A stretch of 64,000 nucleotides of DNA, taken from Ilumatobacter sp. (GTDB lineage: Bacteria > Actinomycetota > Acidimicrobiia > Acidimicrobiales > Ilumatobacteraceae). A model generated the notes under the pieces. The model made no database searches. It was not told the DNA's origin and was given only the letters and a program-made list of their open reading frames with translations. The translations under genes were made by a program, and so were the position numbers. Of this stretch, positions 18,013 through 27,854 are shown piece by piece. The stretch lies in NCBI GenBank assembly GCA_007693335.1, contig REDU01000064.1, forward strand, positions 104-64,103. The letters run 5' to 3'. Position 1 is the first letter of the stretch. Each line of letters opens with the position of its first letter.

Positions 18013-19185
18013 TCAGTGCCAGATGGCGAGGCGGGTGTCAGGGTCGAAGAAGTGGAACCGCTCGGTCGACACGGCGATCTCGATGGTGTCGCCCATGCGA
18101 ACCCGCGACCGGGGGCTGAAGCGACCGACGGCGGTCGAGGTGCCGTTGTGTGAAGCCTCCTCGATGGCGTCGGGATCTCCGGAGTTGATCTTCGCGGCGT
18201 CCACACCGAAGTGGACCATCAACTCGGAACCGAGCGCCTCGATCAGCGAGACCTTGGCCGTGATCCGGCGATCGACAGGGATGTCGGCCATCATCTCCGC
18301 GTCTTCGAAGTCCTCGGGGCGGATGCCGAGGATGACCGGCTTGTCCGCGTAGGCGCGCAGGGCCGGCCGCTCTCCGAGCACCGACGGATCGAGCGTGACC
18401 GCCTGACTGCCGATGCCCACCGTGGCGTTGTCGCCCTCGATGCGCAACGACGCCTCGTACAGGTTCATCGACGGCGAACCGATGAACGCCGCCACGAAGA
18501 CGTTGTCGGGGCGGTCGTAGAGGTTCTGCGGGCTGTCGACCTGCTGCAGATAGCCGTCTTTCAGCACGGCCACCCGATCGCCCATGGTCATGGCCTCGAT
18601 CTGGTCGTGCGTGACGTACACGGTGGTGACGGCCAACTCACGCTGCAGCGCCGCGATCTCGGCGCGCATCTGGACGCGCAGCTTGGCATCGAGGTTCGAC
18701 AGCGGCTCGTCCATGAGGAATGCCGCCGGCTGACGCACGATGGCACGACCCATGGCCACGCGCTGACGCTGACCACCCGAGAGCTGCCCGGGCTTGCGGT
18801 CGAGGTTGGCCTCGAGTTCGAGGATGGCCGCGGCCTTGCGCACCCGGCTGTCGATCTCATCTTTCGGCACCCGTGCGAGCTTGAGGGCGAAGCCGATGTT
18901 GTCGTACACCGACATGTGCGGGTACAGCGCGTAGTTCTGGAACACCATCGCGATGTCGCGGTCTTTTGGCTCGACGTCGTTCACGATGCGATCGCCGATC
19001 CGCATCGTGCCACCCGAGATCGTCTCGAGACCTGCGACCATGCGCAGCGCGGTCGACTTGCCGCAGCCCGACGGACCCACGAGCACCAAGAACTCCTTGT
19101 CCGCGATCTGCAGATCGAGATCGTAGATCGCCTGGAATCCGTTCTCGTAGATCTTGTTGATCTTCTCGAGCTCGACGGTTGCCAT
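18013..19185 (-). CDS. msiK: Sugar ABC transporter ATP-binding protein (MsiK/MalK/UgpC type)
   Basis: Walker [10 protein letters not shown], signature [14 protein letters not shown], Walker [12 protein letters not shown], plus a C-terminal TOBE/MalK regulatory domain. Confidence 0.93.
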   Translation of the reverse strand: MATVELEKINKIYENGFQAIYDLDLQIADKEFLVLVGPSGCGKSTALRMVAGLETISGGTMRIGDRIVNDVEPKDRDIAMVFQNYALYPHMSVYDNIGFALKLARVPKDEIDSRVRKAAAILELEANLDRKPGQLSGGQRQRVAMGRAIVRQPAAFLMDEPLSNLDAKLRVQMRAEIAALQRELAVTTVYVTHDQIEAMTMGDRVAVLKDGYLQQVDSPQNLYDRPDNVFVAAFIGSPSMNLYEASLRIEGDNATVGIGSQAVTLDPSVLGERPALRAYADKPVILGIRPEDFEDAEMMADIPVDRRITAKVSLIEALGSELMVHFGVDAAKINSGDPDAIEEASHNGTSTAVGRFSPRSRVRMGDTIEIAVSTERFHFFDPDTRLAIWH

Positions 19186-19227
19186 CAGTCCCTCCCCGGG
19201 AATCCCCCCCTGTGCGTTCCGGTGAGG

Positions 19228-19671
19228 CTAGTCGACCGGGCGACGATCTTCGACCACGACGAAGCGACGACCCGTGATGATCTCCGGCTCGATACGGACC
19301 ACGCGGTTCTTCGGACTCGCGTGCCACGGGAACAGCGGGAGATCAGCGGCATCGAAGCGACCGTGCACCTGCTCGAGCTCGACCGCGCGCCCCCTGATCA
19401 CGACGCTCCACGCCTCGCCGGCCTCGGGCTCGTAGCCGTCGGCCTCGAACGCGACCGACGTCCCGAGCACCGCAGCCGCCAGCTTGGTGCCCTCCGCCGT
19501 GCGGAAGATCACCGAACCATGGTCGACCACGTAGTTGACGGGGAAGATGTCGGGTTGGTTCATGATCGCGACCGCGATCCGACCCACTCCACCCCCCTGC
19601 TGTTCGTTGGCCCGCATCAACTCCCAGCACTCGGAGTCGGTGAGCTCTCGCATCCCCTCTGGTGTCGCCAT
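19228..19671 (-). CDS. Pyridoxamine-5'-phosphate-oxidase-family (FMN/F420 split-barrel) protein
   Basis: LTDSECWELMRAN..GRIAV..PDIFPVNYVVDHGSVIFRTAEGTKL..WSVVIRGRA is the typical PNPOx-like 2 architecture. Confidence 0.78.
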   Translation of the reverse strand: MATPEGMRELTDSECWELMRANEQQGGGVGRIAVAIMNQPDIFPVNYVVDHGSVIFRTAEGTKLAAAVLGTSVAFEADGYEPEAGEAWSVVIRGRAVELEQVHGRFDAADLPLFPWHASPKNRVVRIEPEIITGRRFVVVEDRRPVD

Positions 19672-19736
19672 GAGCCCATGGTCGCGCGGCCGGCACCCTG
19701 CCGCCAGGGTCGAACGTCACGGTAACGTCGAGCCCC

Positions 19737-20330
19737 GTGAACCAGATGAAGACCCGCCTCCAGTCGCTCGGGCTGGTCGACCGCGCCCTGGCCGCCATCG
19801 GTGACGACGAGCTCGAGGCACTCGTGGCCGGTCTCGGCGACGACCATCGTGAGGCCGTCGAACGGCTCGCGGAGGGCACGTCGGCCGACGAGCTGCGGGC
19901 CGCCGCCTCCTCGGGACGCCTCAACGGCACGATGGAGAGCCTGGTGATGGTCCTCACCGACGCCTGCCTCGCCGACTGCATCGAGCAGCTCGACGATCAC
20001 GCCGACAACCCGTCCACCGATCAGCTCACCGAGGTGCTGCCCGGTCTCGTCGAGCGCCACGGAGTACCCCTGACCCGGCTCATGCTGGCCTCCACCGTGG
20101 CCGGTGAGGCCCCGGCCGCCGCGATCATCCGCGATCTCCTCAAGAACGACGACCTCGTGAAGCTCCCACCGGTCGAGCCGAAGCCGGTCACGCCCATCGT
20201 GCAGGCCCCGTCGGTGGACGACGCCGAGCGCGAGGCGATCAAGGCCAAGCGACGCGAGATGAAGGAACGCAAGCAGGCCGAGGCCCGCGCCCGACGCGAA
20301 CAGTCACAGCGCGACCGCGGCAGGGCCTAG
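19737..20330 (+). CDS. Hypothetical protein (acidic helical N-terminal part, Lys/Arg-rich C-terminal tail)
   Basis: A 197-aa ORF with coding-like composition and no recognisable motif. GTG at 19737 or ATG at 19746 could be the start. The stop overlaps the ogt stop (convergent). Confidence 0.5.
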   Translation: MNQMKTRLQSLGLVDRALAAIGDDELEALVAGLGDDHREAVERLAEGTSADELRAAASSGRLNGTMESLVMVLTDACLADCIEQLDDHADNPSTDQLTEVLPGLVERHGVPLTRLMLASTVAGEAPAAAIIRDLLKNDDLVKLPPVEPKPVTPIVQAPSVDDAEREAIKAKRREMKERKQAEARARREQSQRDRGRA

Positions 20331-20863
20331 CCACCGCACGCTCCGCCGCCCGACGTGCTGGCGAGCACGTGCCGCTCGTGGTCGAGGAGCCAGGCCTTGG
20401 CGTCGAGGCCACCGGCGAAGCCCGTCAATCGGCCGCCGGCACCGTTCACGCGATGGCACGGCACCACGATCGACAGCGGGTTCCGGCCGTTCGCCGCGCC
20501 CACGGCCCGGGCCTTGCGCGCATCACCGAGGGCCACGGCCTGCTCGGCGTAGGTCATCGTGGCACCGAACGGGATCGAGCGGAGCACGGCCCACACCGAC
20601 CGCTGGAACGGTGTGCCCGCCGGGGCCAGCGGGAGGTCGAACACCGTGCGCTCACCGGCCAGGTACTCGTCGAGTTGCGCCACGGTGCGCGCGAGCACCT
20701 CGTCGGGGTCGTGGGGCGCTCCCGTCGCCGGTTCGGTCGACGACGACTCGGGCAACGGGACCCTGACCGCTCGATCGTCGCGCCACAGCACGGCGCGGAG
20801 TCCGCTCTCGTCGGCCACCAACGTGAGGCGGCCGACGGGTGTGTCATGGGTGGTGCGATGCAT
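20327..20863 (-). CDS. ogt: Methylated-DNA--protein-cysteine methyltransferase
   Basis: Active-site IVVPCHRV, GTPFQRSVW and MTYAEQA motifs. The start is taken at the internal ATG at 20863, just after the ada/alkA stop. Confidence 0.9.
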   Translation of the reverse strand: MHRTTHDTPVGRLTLVADESGLRAVLWRDDRAVRVPLPESSSTEPATGAPHDPDEVLARTVAQLDEYLAGERTVFDLPLAPAGTPFQRSVWAVLRSIPFGATMTYAEQAVALGDARKARAVGAANGRNPLSIVVPCHRVNGAGGRLTGFAGGLDAKAWLLDHERHVLASTSGGGACGG

Positions 20864-20868
20864 GGCGT

Positions 20869-22389
20869 TCACGATGTGCTCCCCCACAGATGGTGCAGCG
20901 CGTACGACCGCCAGGGGCGCCAGCGTTCGGCCGCGTCGGCACCGGCACCGGCACCGGCACGCTCCAGCGCCCGTCGCACCCCCAGGTCGGTCGGCAAGAA
21001 CGCGTCGGGGTCGTGCAGACCCCGCATCACCACGTACTCGGCCGTCCACGGGCCGATGCCCCGGATCGCCAGGAGGCGACGACGAACCTCGTCGCGGTCG
21101 GCTCCGTGGTGGAGTCGGAGCGAGCCGTCGATCACCGCACCGGCGAGCCGTCGGAGGGTGTCGCGCCGCGAGCCCGGCATCGCGAGGTGCTCGTCACCGA
21201 TCTCGACAACTGCGGCGGGGCCCGGGAACACGCGCGTCACGAGATCGTCGGTGAGCGTGAGTGGCTCCCCCACAGCGGTCACGATCCGACCCGCCACCGT
21301 GCGAGCGCCGGCCACCGAGACCTGCTGACCGACCACGGCCCGCACCGCGGTCTCGAACGGATCGACGCTGCCGGGTACCCGACGACCGGGGGTGGCGCGC
21401 ACGAGCGGACCGAGAACCGAACACGACCCGAGCACCTGGTCGACGGCCAAGGGATCGGCGTCGAGGTCGACGAGACGTCGCACCCGCTCGACCGCCGGTT
21501 GGAGGTCGCGCCAGTCGTGCAGCCTGAACGAGGCCCGAACGGCGCCGTCGTCGGGTTCGAGCGTCACGACGCCGTGACCGCGTGGGAGCCGGAGCGCCCG
21601 ACGGTACCGCTGCTCGGTCGACGACTCGACGCCCGGAACCGCACGTGCGGCGAGGAACCCGAAGATCTCGGCGACCGGGAACGGCTGCCGCGCCGTCAGC
21701 CGGACGGTCACCGCAGCAGCACCTCCGGCGTCGGCCACCGACGCGGTCCTGACACCAGCCGCTGCTGCGGCCCGACGGAGCTCGGTCGGCGACGCGGAGT
21801 AGACGGCCCGGACGGTGTCGTTGAACTGGCGGACGCTCGCGAAGCCGGCGGCGAACGAAACGTCGGTGACCGGGACGTCGGTGGTCTCGAGGAGGACGCG
21901 CGCCGTTCGGGCGCGCTGCGACCGAGCGAGCGCGTTCGGACCGGCGCCCAGCTCGTCGACCAGGACCCGGGTCACGTGCCGGCTGCTGTAGCCGAGGCGA
22001 GCAGCGAGACCGGTGAGCCCCTCCCGGTCGACCACACCGTCACCGATGAGCCGCATCGCCCGTGCCACGAGATCGGCACGGGTGTCCCAGTCGGGCGATC
22101 CCGGTGTGGCATCGGGTCGACAGCGCTTGCAGGCCCGGAAACCGTGCTGCTGCGCAGCCGCCGCGGTGGGGACGAACTCGACGTTGCCGGGCCGCGGCGT
22201 GCGCGCCGGACAACTCGGTCGGCAGTAGATCCCGGTCGTCCGCACCGCGGCGTAGAACCGACCGTCGAAGCGCACGTCGCGGCTCGACAGCGCCCGATAG
22301 CACCGTTCGTGGTCGAGCCAGATGCGCTCGGGTCCGGTGCCGGCTGTCGATGTCACCATCACATCATGACCGCCCCCGCACCGACTCAC
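20869..22389 (-). CDS. ada: Bifunctional Ada-type regulator (Zn methylphosphotriester domain + AraC HTH) fused to AlkA-type DNA-3-methyladenine glycosylase II
   Basis: CRPSCPAR..FRACKRCRPD is the Ada Cys4 domain. It is followed by an AraC-type HTH (GYSSRHVTRVL, SVRQFNDTV), an AlkA N-terminal domain and an HhH-GPD domain (IRGIGPWTAEYV). The start could be 22389 or 22359. Confidence 0.87.
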   Translation of the reverse strand: MSRCGGGHDVMVTSTAGTGPERIWLDHERCYRALSSRDVRFDGRFYAAVRTTGIYCRPSCPARTPRPGNVEFVPTAAAAQQHGFRACKRCRPDATPGSPDWDTRADLVARAMRLIGDGVVDREGLTGLAARLGYSSRHVTRVLVDELGAGPNALARSQRARTARVLLETTDVPVTDVSFAAGFASVRQFNDTVRAVYSASPTELRRAAAAAGVRTASVADAGGAAAVTVRLTARQPFPVAEIFGFLAARAVPGVESSTEQRYRRALRLPRGHGVVTLEPDDGAVRASFRLHDWRDLQPAVERVRRLVDLDADPLAVDQVLGSCSVLGPLVRATPGRRVPGSVDPFETAVRAVVGQQVSVAGARTVAGRIVTAVGEPLTLTDDLVTRVFPGPAAVVEIGDEHLAMPGSRRDTLRRLAGAVIDGSLRLHHGADRDEVRRRLLAIRGIGPWTAEYVVMRGLHDPDAFLPTDLGVRRALERAGAGAGADAAERWRPWRSYALHHLWGSTS

Positions 22390-22419
22390 CGGCGGTTTTC
22401 GGACATCGCAACGGGATCG

Positions 22420-23658
22420 TCAGTCACCGGCCACCGGGATCAGCCGATCGGGCGATTCGAGCGCCACGGGACGGGGACGCTCGACCACCCTGGTCCACAG
22501 CACGACCAGACCGACCAGACAGAACACGGCCCCACCGGCGAAGCCCGCCCGCTTGCCGAACAGCTCACCGACGAGCCCCAGCAGTACGCCACCGGTCACG
22601 GTCCCGACCTCGAAGAACATCGTGAACGAGCTGATCGCGGCCGCCCGCTGATGCTCGTCGACCGCGTCGACCACGATCGCCATCAGCGACGGGTACAGGA
22701 ACGCCATGCCGACGCCGAACACGACCGCTGCCGTCCACAGCCCCCACGCCTCGGGCACCGTCGCCACGACGATCAGTGCGGTCGCGAGGAGCCCGAGCGC
22801 GATCGTGCCGGACGGCCCGGGGCCGATCTTCTCGGGGATCCGCGCGCCCACGATGCGGAGCACGAGGCAGACCATGCTGTACGTGAGGAACAACCCGCCG
22901 GCGCCGCTCAGGCCGAGATCACGAGAGTGCTCGGGGATGAACGCCGCGAACACGGCGAAGCCGGCGATACCCGATCCCAGCACGATGCCCGGCCACAGTG
23001 CCGCCGGGTGGAGGAACCGCCGCTTCACGCGTACGCTCGGCGCTGCACGTTGGTCGAGATGCCGAGGCACGGCCAGCACGAGCAACGCGGCGAGCACCGC
23101 GATCAGCCCGGCGACCGAGAACGTGAGCACGTAACGATCGTCGGCCAGCAACCACTCGCCGAGGACCGGTCCGATCCCGATACCGCCGAAGACAGCCACG
23201 GAGAAGTAGCTCGCTGCCTCTGCGCGTCGGTTCGGCGGTGCGAGATCGGCGATGGTCGTGGCGGCGCCGACGAACATCGCGGCTTCACCCACACCGGTGA
23301 GACCACGCAGGATCAGCAGTTGCCAGAGCGAGTCGGCGAAGCCGGCGGAACCGCCCGCGATCGCAGCGACGAGCGCCCCCGTCATCATGAGCCGCCGACG
23401 GCCGTACCGGTCGCCCGCCCAGCCGATGGCCGGACGGGCGAGGATGGCCGCGGTGGCGAACGCAGCGAGCGTGAGCCCCACACCGAACTCCCCTGCTCCC
23501 AGCGAATCCTCGACGAAGCGCGGCACCACCGCCACGAGCAGACCGATGTAGACGAAGAAGACCAGGGCCGCCGAGGTGACCGCGAGGAACGGCATCGTCA
23601 CGAGACGCTCGCGCCGGCCGCTCGCGGAGCTGGGGGTGTGGAGATCGTCGAGGCTCAT
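22420..23658 (-). CDS. MFS transporter
   Basis: A 12-TM pattern with the MFS loop motif GWAGDRYGRRRLM between TM2 and TM3. Confidence 0.85.
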   Translation of the reverse strand: MSLDDLHTPSSASGRRERLVTMPFLAVTSAALVFFVYIGLLVAVVPRFVEDSLGAGEFGVGLTLAAFATAAILARPAIGWAGDRYGRRRLMMTGALVAAIAGGSAGFADSLWQLLILRGLTGVGEAAMFVGAATTIADLAPPNRRAEAASYFSVAVFGGIGIGPVLGEWLLADDRYVLTFSVAGLIAVLAALLVLAVPRHLDQRAAPSVRVKRRFLHPAALWPGIVLGSGIAGFAVFAAFIPEHSRDLGLSGAGGLFLTYSMVCLVLRIVGARIPEKIGPGPSGTIALGLLATALIVVATVPEAWGLWTAAVVFGVGMAFLYPSLMAIVVDAVDEHQRAAAISSFTMFFEVGTVTGGVLLGLVGELFGKRAGFAGGAVFCLVGLVVLWTRVVERPRPVALESPDRLIPVAGD

Positions 23659-23725
23659 GAGGGGCGCTACATCCTCCCGCCCGCAACGCCGGCTCCGGTG
23701 ATCGGATTCCGGTTCGAGACGAACG

Positions 23726-24631
23726 TCACACGGGGGCGACGTCCACCGAGACCTCCAGCGACTGCCCGGCCCTCGGCCCGATCACGACCCCCCGGACGGG
23801 TGAGAGATCGGCGTAATCCCGGCCCCAACCGACCGTGACGTGACGCACGGCCGGCAGGTGGTCGTTCGTCGGGTCGAAGTCGATCCAGCCGGCATCGGGG
23901 GTCCACACCGAGCACCAGGCGTGCGACATGTCGGCGCCGATCATGCGCGGCCGACCAGCGGGCGGCACGGTCTCGATGTAACCGCTCACATAGCGCGCCG
24001 CCAGACCGAACGACCGGAGACACGCAGTGGCGAGATGCGCGAAGTCCTGGCAGACACCGCGGCGGCCGACGAGGACGTCTGCGAGCGGCGTCGACATGTC
24101 GGTGGACGTCGGATCGAACACGAAGTCGGTGAAGATGCGGTGGCACAGGTCGCGCGCCACCGCGACCACGCCGCGGTCGGGAGTGAACGATGGTGCGGCC
24201 AGCTCGTGGAACCGGGCACCGAGCCGCCGGAGGTCGACGAACTGTGAGGCGGCCCGGAACGGCGCAACGGTCAGCGCCTCGTCGTCGCGGGCTCCGGCCA
24301 CCAGCTCGGCGACCAGCGGCCAGGGCATCCCGTCGTCGAGCGGGCCGGGCTCGCTGACCGACACCGTGCTCACCGCTTCGACCACGAGTTGGTCATGGGG
24401 TCGGTGCACCCCGAACTGCGTGACACGGTTGCCGAACGCATCGGCGTACTCGTCGATCTCGAACGGCTCGGGATCGACGGACACCAGGGACGACTCGACC
24501 CGCTGTGTCGGCGTGTCGCGTGGGAGGAGGTGGGCCACGGTGTAGCCGTCGGCCATCGCCACGTCGTACCGGTACTCCGTGCGGTGGGTGACGCGATAGC
24601 GCCGGTCCCCGGCGGTCGATGCAGCACTCAT
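23726..24631 (-). CDS. Transglutaminase-family protein (Bact_transglu_N + transglutaminase core)
   Basis: YRVTHRTEYRYD is the N-terminal domain. The core is GVCQDFAHLATACLRSFGLAARYVSGY with the downstream SHAWCSVW..DPTN His/Asp. The ATG at 24631 overlaps the upstream stop (ATGA). Confidence 0.87.
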   Translation of the reverse strand: MSAASTAGDRRYRVTHRTEYRYDVAMADGYTVAHLLPRDTPTQRVESSLVSVDPEPFEIDEYADAFGNRVTQFGVHRPHDQLVVEAVSTVSVSEPGPLDDGMPWPLVAELVAGARDDEALTVAPFRAASQFVDLRRLGARFHELAAPSFTPDRGVVAVARDLCHRIFTDFVFDPTSTDMSTPLADVLVGRRGVCQDFAHLATACLRSFGLAARYVSGYIETVPPAGRPRMIGADMSHAWCSVWTPDAGWIDFDPTNDHLPAVRHVTVGWGRDYADLSPVRGVVIGPRAGQSLEVSVDVAPV

Positions 24632-26826
24632 CGGCGACTCACCACCACCCTCGGGCTCACCGGCGCGGCGAACCACCGCGCCACCAGCGTCCGACCGAAC
24701 TCGTCGAGCGCCGCCTGCACGGTGGACACGAGCTCGGCCAGGTCGAGCGACAGCGCGTCCTCGGCCGCGCGAACCAGCACCACACCGGCCTCCCATTCGG
24801 CCGTGGCCGCGTGCTCGGCCAACCGCTCGAGGCTGAACGCCAGCGATCGCGGGTTCGATCGGTCGCACAGGAGCAGCGAGACCGCCGCCTGGAGCTCGAC
24901 ATCACTGCGGTAGCGGCGTCGATACGCCACGAGGCTCTCGTTCGCGGCCAACATCACCTCGATGGTCGCTGCATCGACCGGATCGAGCGGTGGATCCCCG
25001 ACCACGTCGCCGAGCCCGGCGGCCACACCGTCGAGCAGCACCTGTGACCGTTCGAGTCGCCTCCCGACGTCACCGAGCCGCCACGCTGCCCCGCGCACGG
25101 TGCTCTCGTTCCAGAGGCCCACGAGGGCCGCGAGATCGGTGAGCAACGCATCGAGGTCGTCAACCGCGGCCACGTGGCGCCGCAGACCGGCGCGACTGGT
25201 CGCCAGACGTTCGAGCACACGGCCGGTCGTGACCGAGAGGAACTCGCGCACGGTGGTCGCCTCGGTGAGGAGATTCCCGATCTGGAACGCGACGTCGTCG
25301 CCGGCGCGAGAGAGCTCGTCGTACAGCGCGTCGAGGCCGGGGAGATCGGACACGTCGTCGGGGGCCTGTCGGAGACCCCGGCTGATGCGCTGCATGCGCT
25401 CCGACCATCGACCGCCGTCGAGCGAACCCAGACCGGGGTCCTGCTCGACCCTCGAGCTCACCACCCTGATGACACGAGCCACCGCCTCGGCCCGCTCGGC
25501 CGCCCGGTTCATCCAGTACAGGGCGGCCGCGGCGCGGGTGGGCACCGACCGACCGAAATCGACCTGCGGCAGCGGGGGTACGACGAGGGGCGTGAGCGTG
25601 CTCCCGATCACCCAGACGTCCTTCGCGGCGCAAGCGGTCGGCCGCGTCGGCCGGTCGTCGGGTGCCAGCAACCGGCACGACCCACCCGGGAGCACCGACA
25701 CGTTCATCCCGTCGTGGGTGGCGAACATGCGCAGCACGTACTCCCCCGGCACGACGCCGACCTCGGTCAGCACGGGGGTGGACGCGAGACCCGATCCGCG
25801 ATCGACCTCGGGCTCGTACCGCGACAGCCGCAGATCGGTACCCAGCAGGTGGTCGACCGCAGCCGAGACGTACGCGGCGACGTCAGGATCCTCGAGCACA
25901 CCGGCGCCGTGGGCGTTGGCCAGCGCCGCGCCACCCGATCTGACGGCCAGGAGCAGTCCGGGCACCCCGGCCGAACCCATCGAGCCGACCTCGAGCGGGT
26001 CGATGCCCGGATCCTCGAGCCGGCGGTAGACCACGTCGACCGGTTCGAGACCGTCGAGTGTGCGGAGCCAGAGGCGACGTTGCCGCACGACGAGGTCGGC
26101 CCCCTCGACCAGGTTCACGCCGAGCTGCACCGCCAGGTACGAGTGATCGATGTACGAGGGATGGTCGATGCCGCCGGTGAACAGCACGGTGCGCGGACTG
26201 GCCGTCGGCGCGGTGGCGGCCAACGCCCGACGGAGCACCCCCGGGAATCGCGCCAGCGAGGCCACACCGCTGCGGGCGTGCACGTCTGACAACACCCGCG
26301 CCATGACCGAGCGGTCGAGCAGCGCGTACCCGAGGCCGGGAGGCGCATCGGTCAGGTCCTGCACGACCTTCCACACCCCGTCGGCGGTGCGGACCAGATC
26401 GACGCCGTACGTCGTGAGCCATCGCAGCGGCGCCGGCGCGTTCACCATCGACAGCCGGTACCGGTGGGTCGAGTGGAGCGAGTCGCTCGGCACGACACCG
26501 TCGCGCAGCAGCCGGCGTTCGCCGTAGAGGTCGGCCAGAACGGTCTCGAGCGCCGCCATACGCTCGACCACGGCTGCGGCCAACCACTTGAACGTGGCCG
26601 TGTCGATCACGAACGGCACGGGATCGAGCCGCCACGGTCGGCTCTCGATGTCGGCGCCTCGACCATCGGCACGCACCGGGAGATCGTGCACGAGGTGACC
26701 GGCGCCCTCCGCCATCAGCAACCGGTCGGTCTGGTGCTGCCACTCGATCAGCCGCGACCTGTCGAGCAGCGCCGAGCGGAGATCGGGGTCCCACCGGGTC
26801 GACTCGTCGAAACGGTCGGCGAGCAT
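24628..26826 (-). CDS. Fused circularly-permuted type-2 ATP-grasp + alpha-E domain protein
   Basis: The N-terminal half parallels the stand-alone ATP-grasp at 27855..29276 (VVYRRLEDPGIDPLE.., GVPGLLLAVRSGGAALANAHGAGVLEDP). The C-terminal half carries an alpha-E signature (AAALYWMNRAAERAEAVARVIRV). The start is ATG 26826 or GTG 26832. Confidence 0.8.
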   Translation of the reverse strand: MLADRFDESTRWDPDLRSALLDRSRLIEWQHQTDRLLMAEGAGHLVHDLPVRADGRGADIESRPWRLDPVPFVIDTATFKWLAAAVVERMAALETVLADLYGERRLLRDGVVPSDSLHSTHRYRLSMVNAPAPLRWLTTYGVDLVRTADGVWKVVQDLTDAPPGLGYALLDRSVMARVLSDVHARSGVASLARFPGVLRRALAATAPTASPRTVLFTGGIDHPSYIDHSYLAVQLGVNLVEGADLVVRQRRLWLRTLDGLEPVDVVYRRLEDPGIDPLEVGSMGSAGVPGLLLAVRSGGAALANAHGAGVLEDPDVAAYVSAAVDHLLGTDLRLSRYEPEVDRGSGLASTPVLTEVGVVPGEYVLRMFATHDGMNVSVLPGGSCRLLAPDDRPTRPTACAAKDVWVIGSTLTPLVVPPLPQVDFGRSVPTRAAAALYWMNRAAERAEAVARVIRVVSSRVEQDPGLGSLDGGRWSERMQRISRGLRQAPDDVSDLPGLDALYDELSRAGDDVAFQIGNLLTEATTVREFLSVTTGRVLERLATSRAGLRRHVAAVDDLDALLTDLAALVGLWNESTVRGAAWRLGDVGRRLERSQVLLDGVAAGLGDVVGDPPLDPVDAATIEVMLAANESLVAYRRRYRSDVELQAAVSLLLCDRSNPRSLAFSLERLAEHAATAEWEAGVVLVRAAEDALSLDLAELVSTVQAALDEFGRTLVARWFAAPVSPRVVVSRR

Positions 26827-26833
26827 CGACACG

Positions 26834-27853
26834 TCAACCGCCCAGCGACAGGTAGCGGACGTCGACGGCTCGCCCGAGGTCGGCGAGCGCCGCCTGGACG
26901 GTCTCCATCGCGGCATCGAGCACCACACCGTCGTCGGCCCCGGGGTCGCACGACGCCAACACCGCCTCGGCCTTGTCGAGTGCGACCACGACGGTGTCGG
27001 GATCGGGCAACTGGGCCAGCACCGCCCGGATCTCGTCGAGACAGCCCTGCACCGAACGCGGGAACGCCGAGTAGTAGAGCAAGAAGCGCACCACGGAGGG
27101 CCCCTCGATCGGTCCGTGCGTGGCGCGCTGGTACATCTGCAGCGCCGACACGGAGCGGAGCGCGCTCATCCACTGGACCTCGTCCTGGTCGTCGCGAACC
27201 GGCTCGTCACCCTCGCTGAACGTGGTGGCCTCGCTGATCGCCTGGATCTGGCCGGTGACGGGATCCTGCACCTGGGTCTGGGTGTACCCCTCGGCCCGCA
27301 TCTGCAGGATCGACGCAGCACGCAACCCGACCACCCGGGTGGTCATGTCGGCCCGCTCGATCAGCCGTCCGAGTCGCCACATCCGGTACGGGTTGGCGCG
27401 GGTCATGGTCGATTCGAGCACACCGTCGAGACGGCGACTGTCGTCGATCACGCGGCCCAGGAACCGGTCGCGGGTACGTCGGCCCACCGCCCGCTCGGCC
27501 TCCGACGACACGTACTGGTGGAGCGCGTTCAGCGCGTACCAGGCCTCGCGTGGGAGCACCTCGCGGGTGGTCCGCAGGTTCTCGCGAGCACGCGCCACCG
27601 TGGTCCCGATGCTGCTCGGGTTCGAGGTGTCGGCGATGAGGAACTCCATCACCTCACGCTCACCCCTCCCATCACCCCGCAGCGGCTCGCTGCCGGTCAG
27701 TTCCACGAGCGGCTCCCAGCGCAACGGCACGTCGCTCGGCAGATCGATGATCAGGTCGCCGTACGAGCGGATGATGCGGGCGGTGTCCTCGGCACGCTCG
27801 ACGTAGCGCGCCCCCCAGTAGAGGCGTTCGGCCACGCGTGACAACAGCGCCAT
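26834..27853 (-). CDS. Alpha-E domain protein
   Basis: MALLSRVAERLYWGARYVERAEDTARI.. is the canonical alpha-E N-terminus. The ATG at 27853 lies 1 nt after the ATP-grasp stop. Confidence 0.85.
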   Translation of the reverse strand: MALLSRVAERLYWGARYVERAEDTARIIRSYGDLIIDLPSDVPLRWEPLVELTGSEPLRGDGRGEREVMEFLIADTSNPSSIGTTVARARENLRTTREVLPREAWYALNALHQYVSSEAERAVGRRTRDRFLGRVIDDSRRLDGVLESTMTRANPYRMWRLGRLIERADMTTRVVGLRAASILQMRAEGYTQTQVQDPVTGQIQAISEATTFSEGDEPVRDDQDEVQWMSALRSVSALQMYQRATHGPIEGPSVVRFLLYYSAFPRSVQGCLDEIRAVLAQLPDPDTVVVALDKAEAVLASCDPGADDGVVLDAAMETVQAALADLGRAVDVRYLSLGG

Positions 27854-27854
27854 G

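Noticed and set aside
20839-23838. A 999-aa ORF on the + strand, the longest in the track
   Set aside because: It runs antisense to ogt, ada/alkA and the MFS gene, all of which have clear family motifs. Its translation is Arg/Gly/Pro/His-rich with no motif. This is the typical shadow ORF of very GC-rich DNA.
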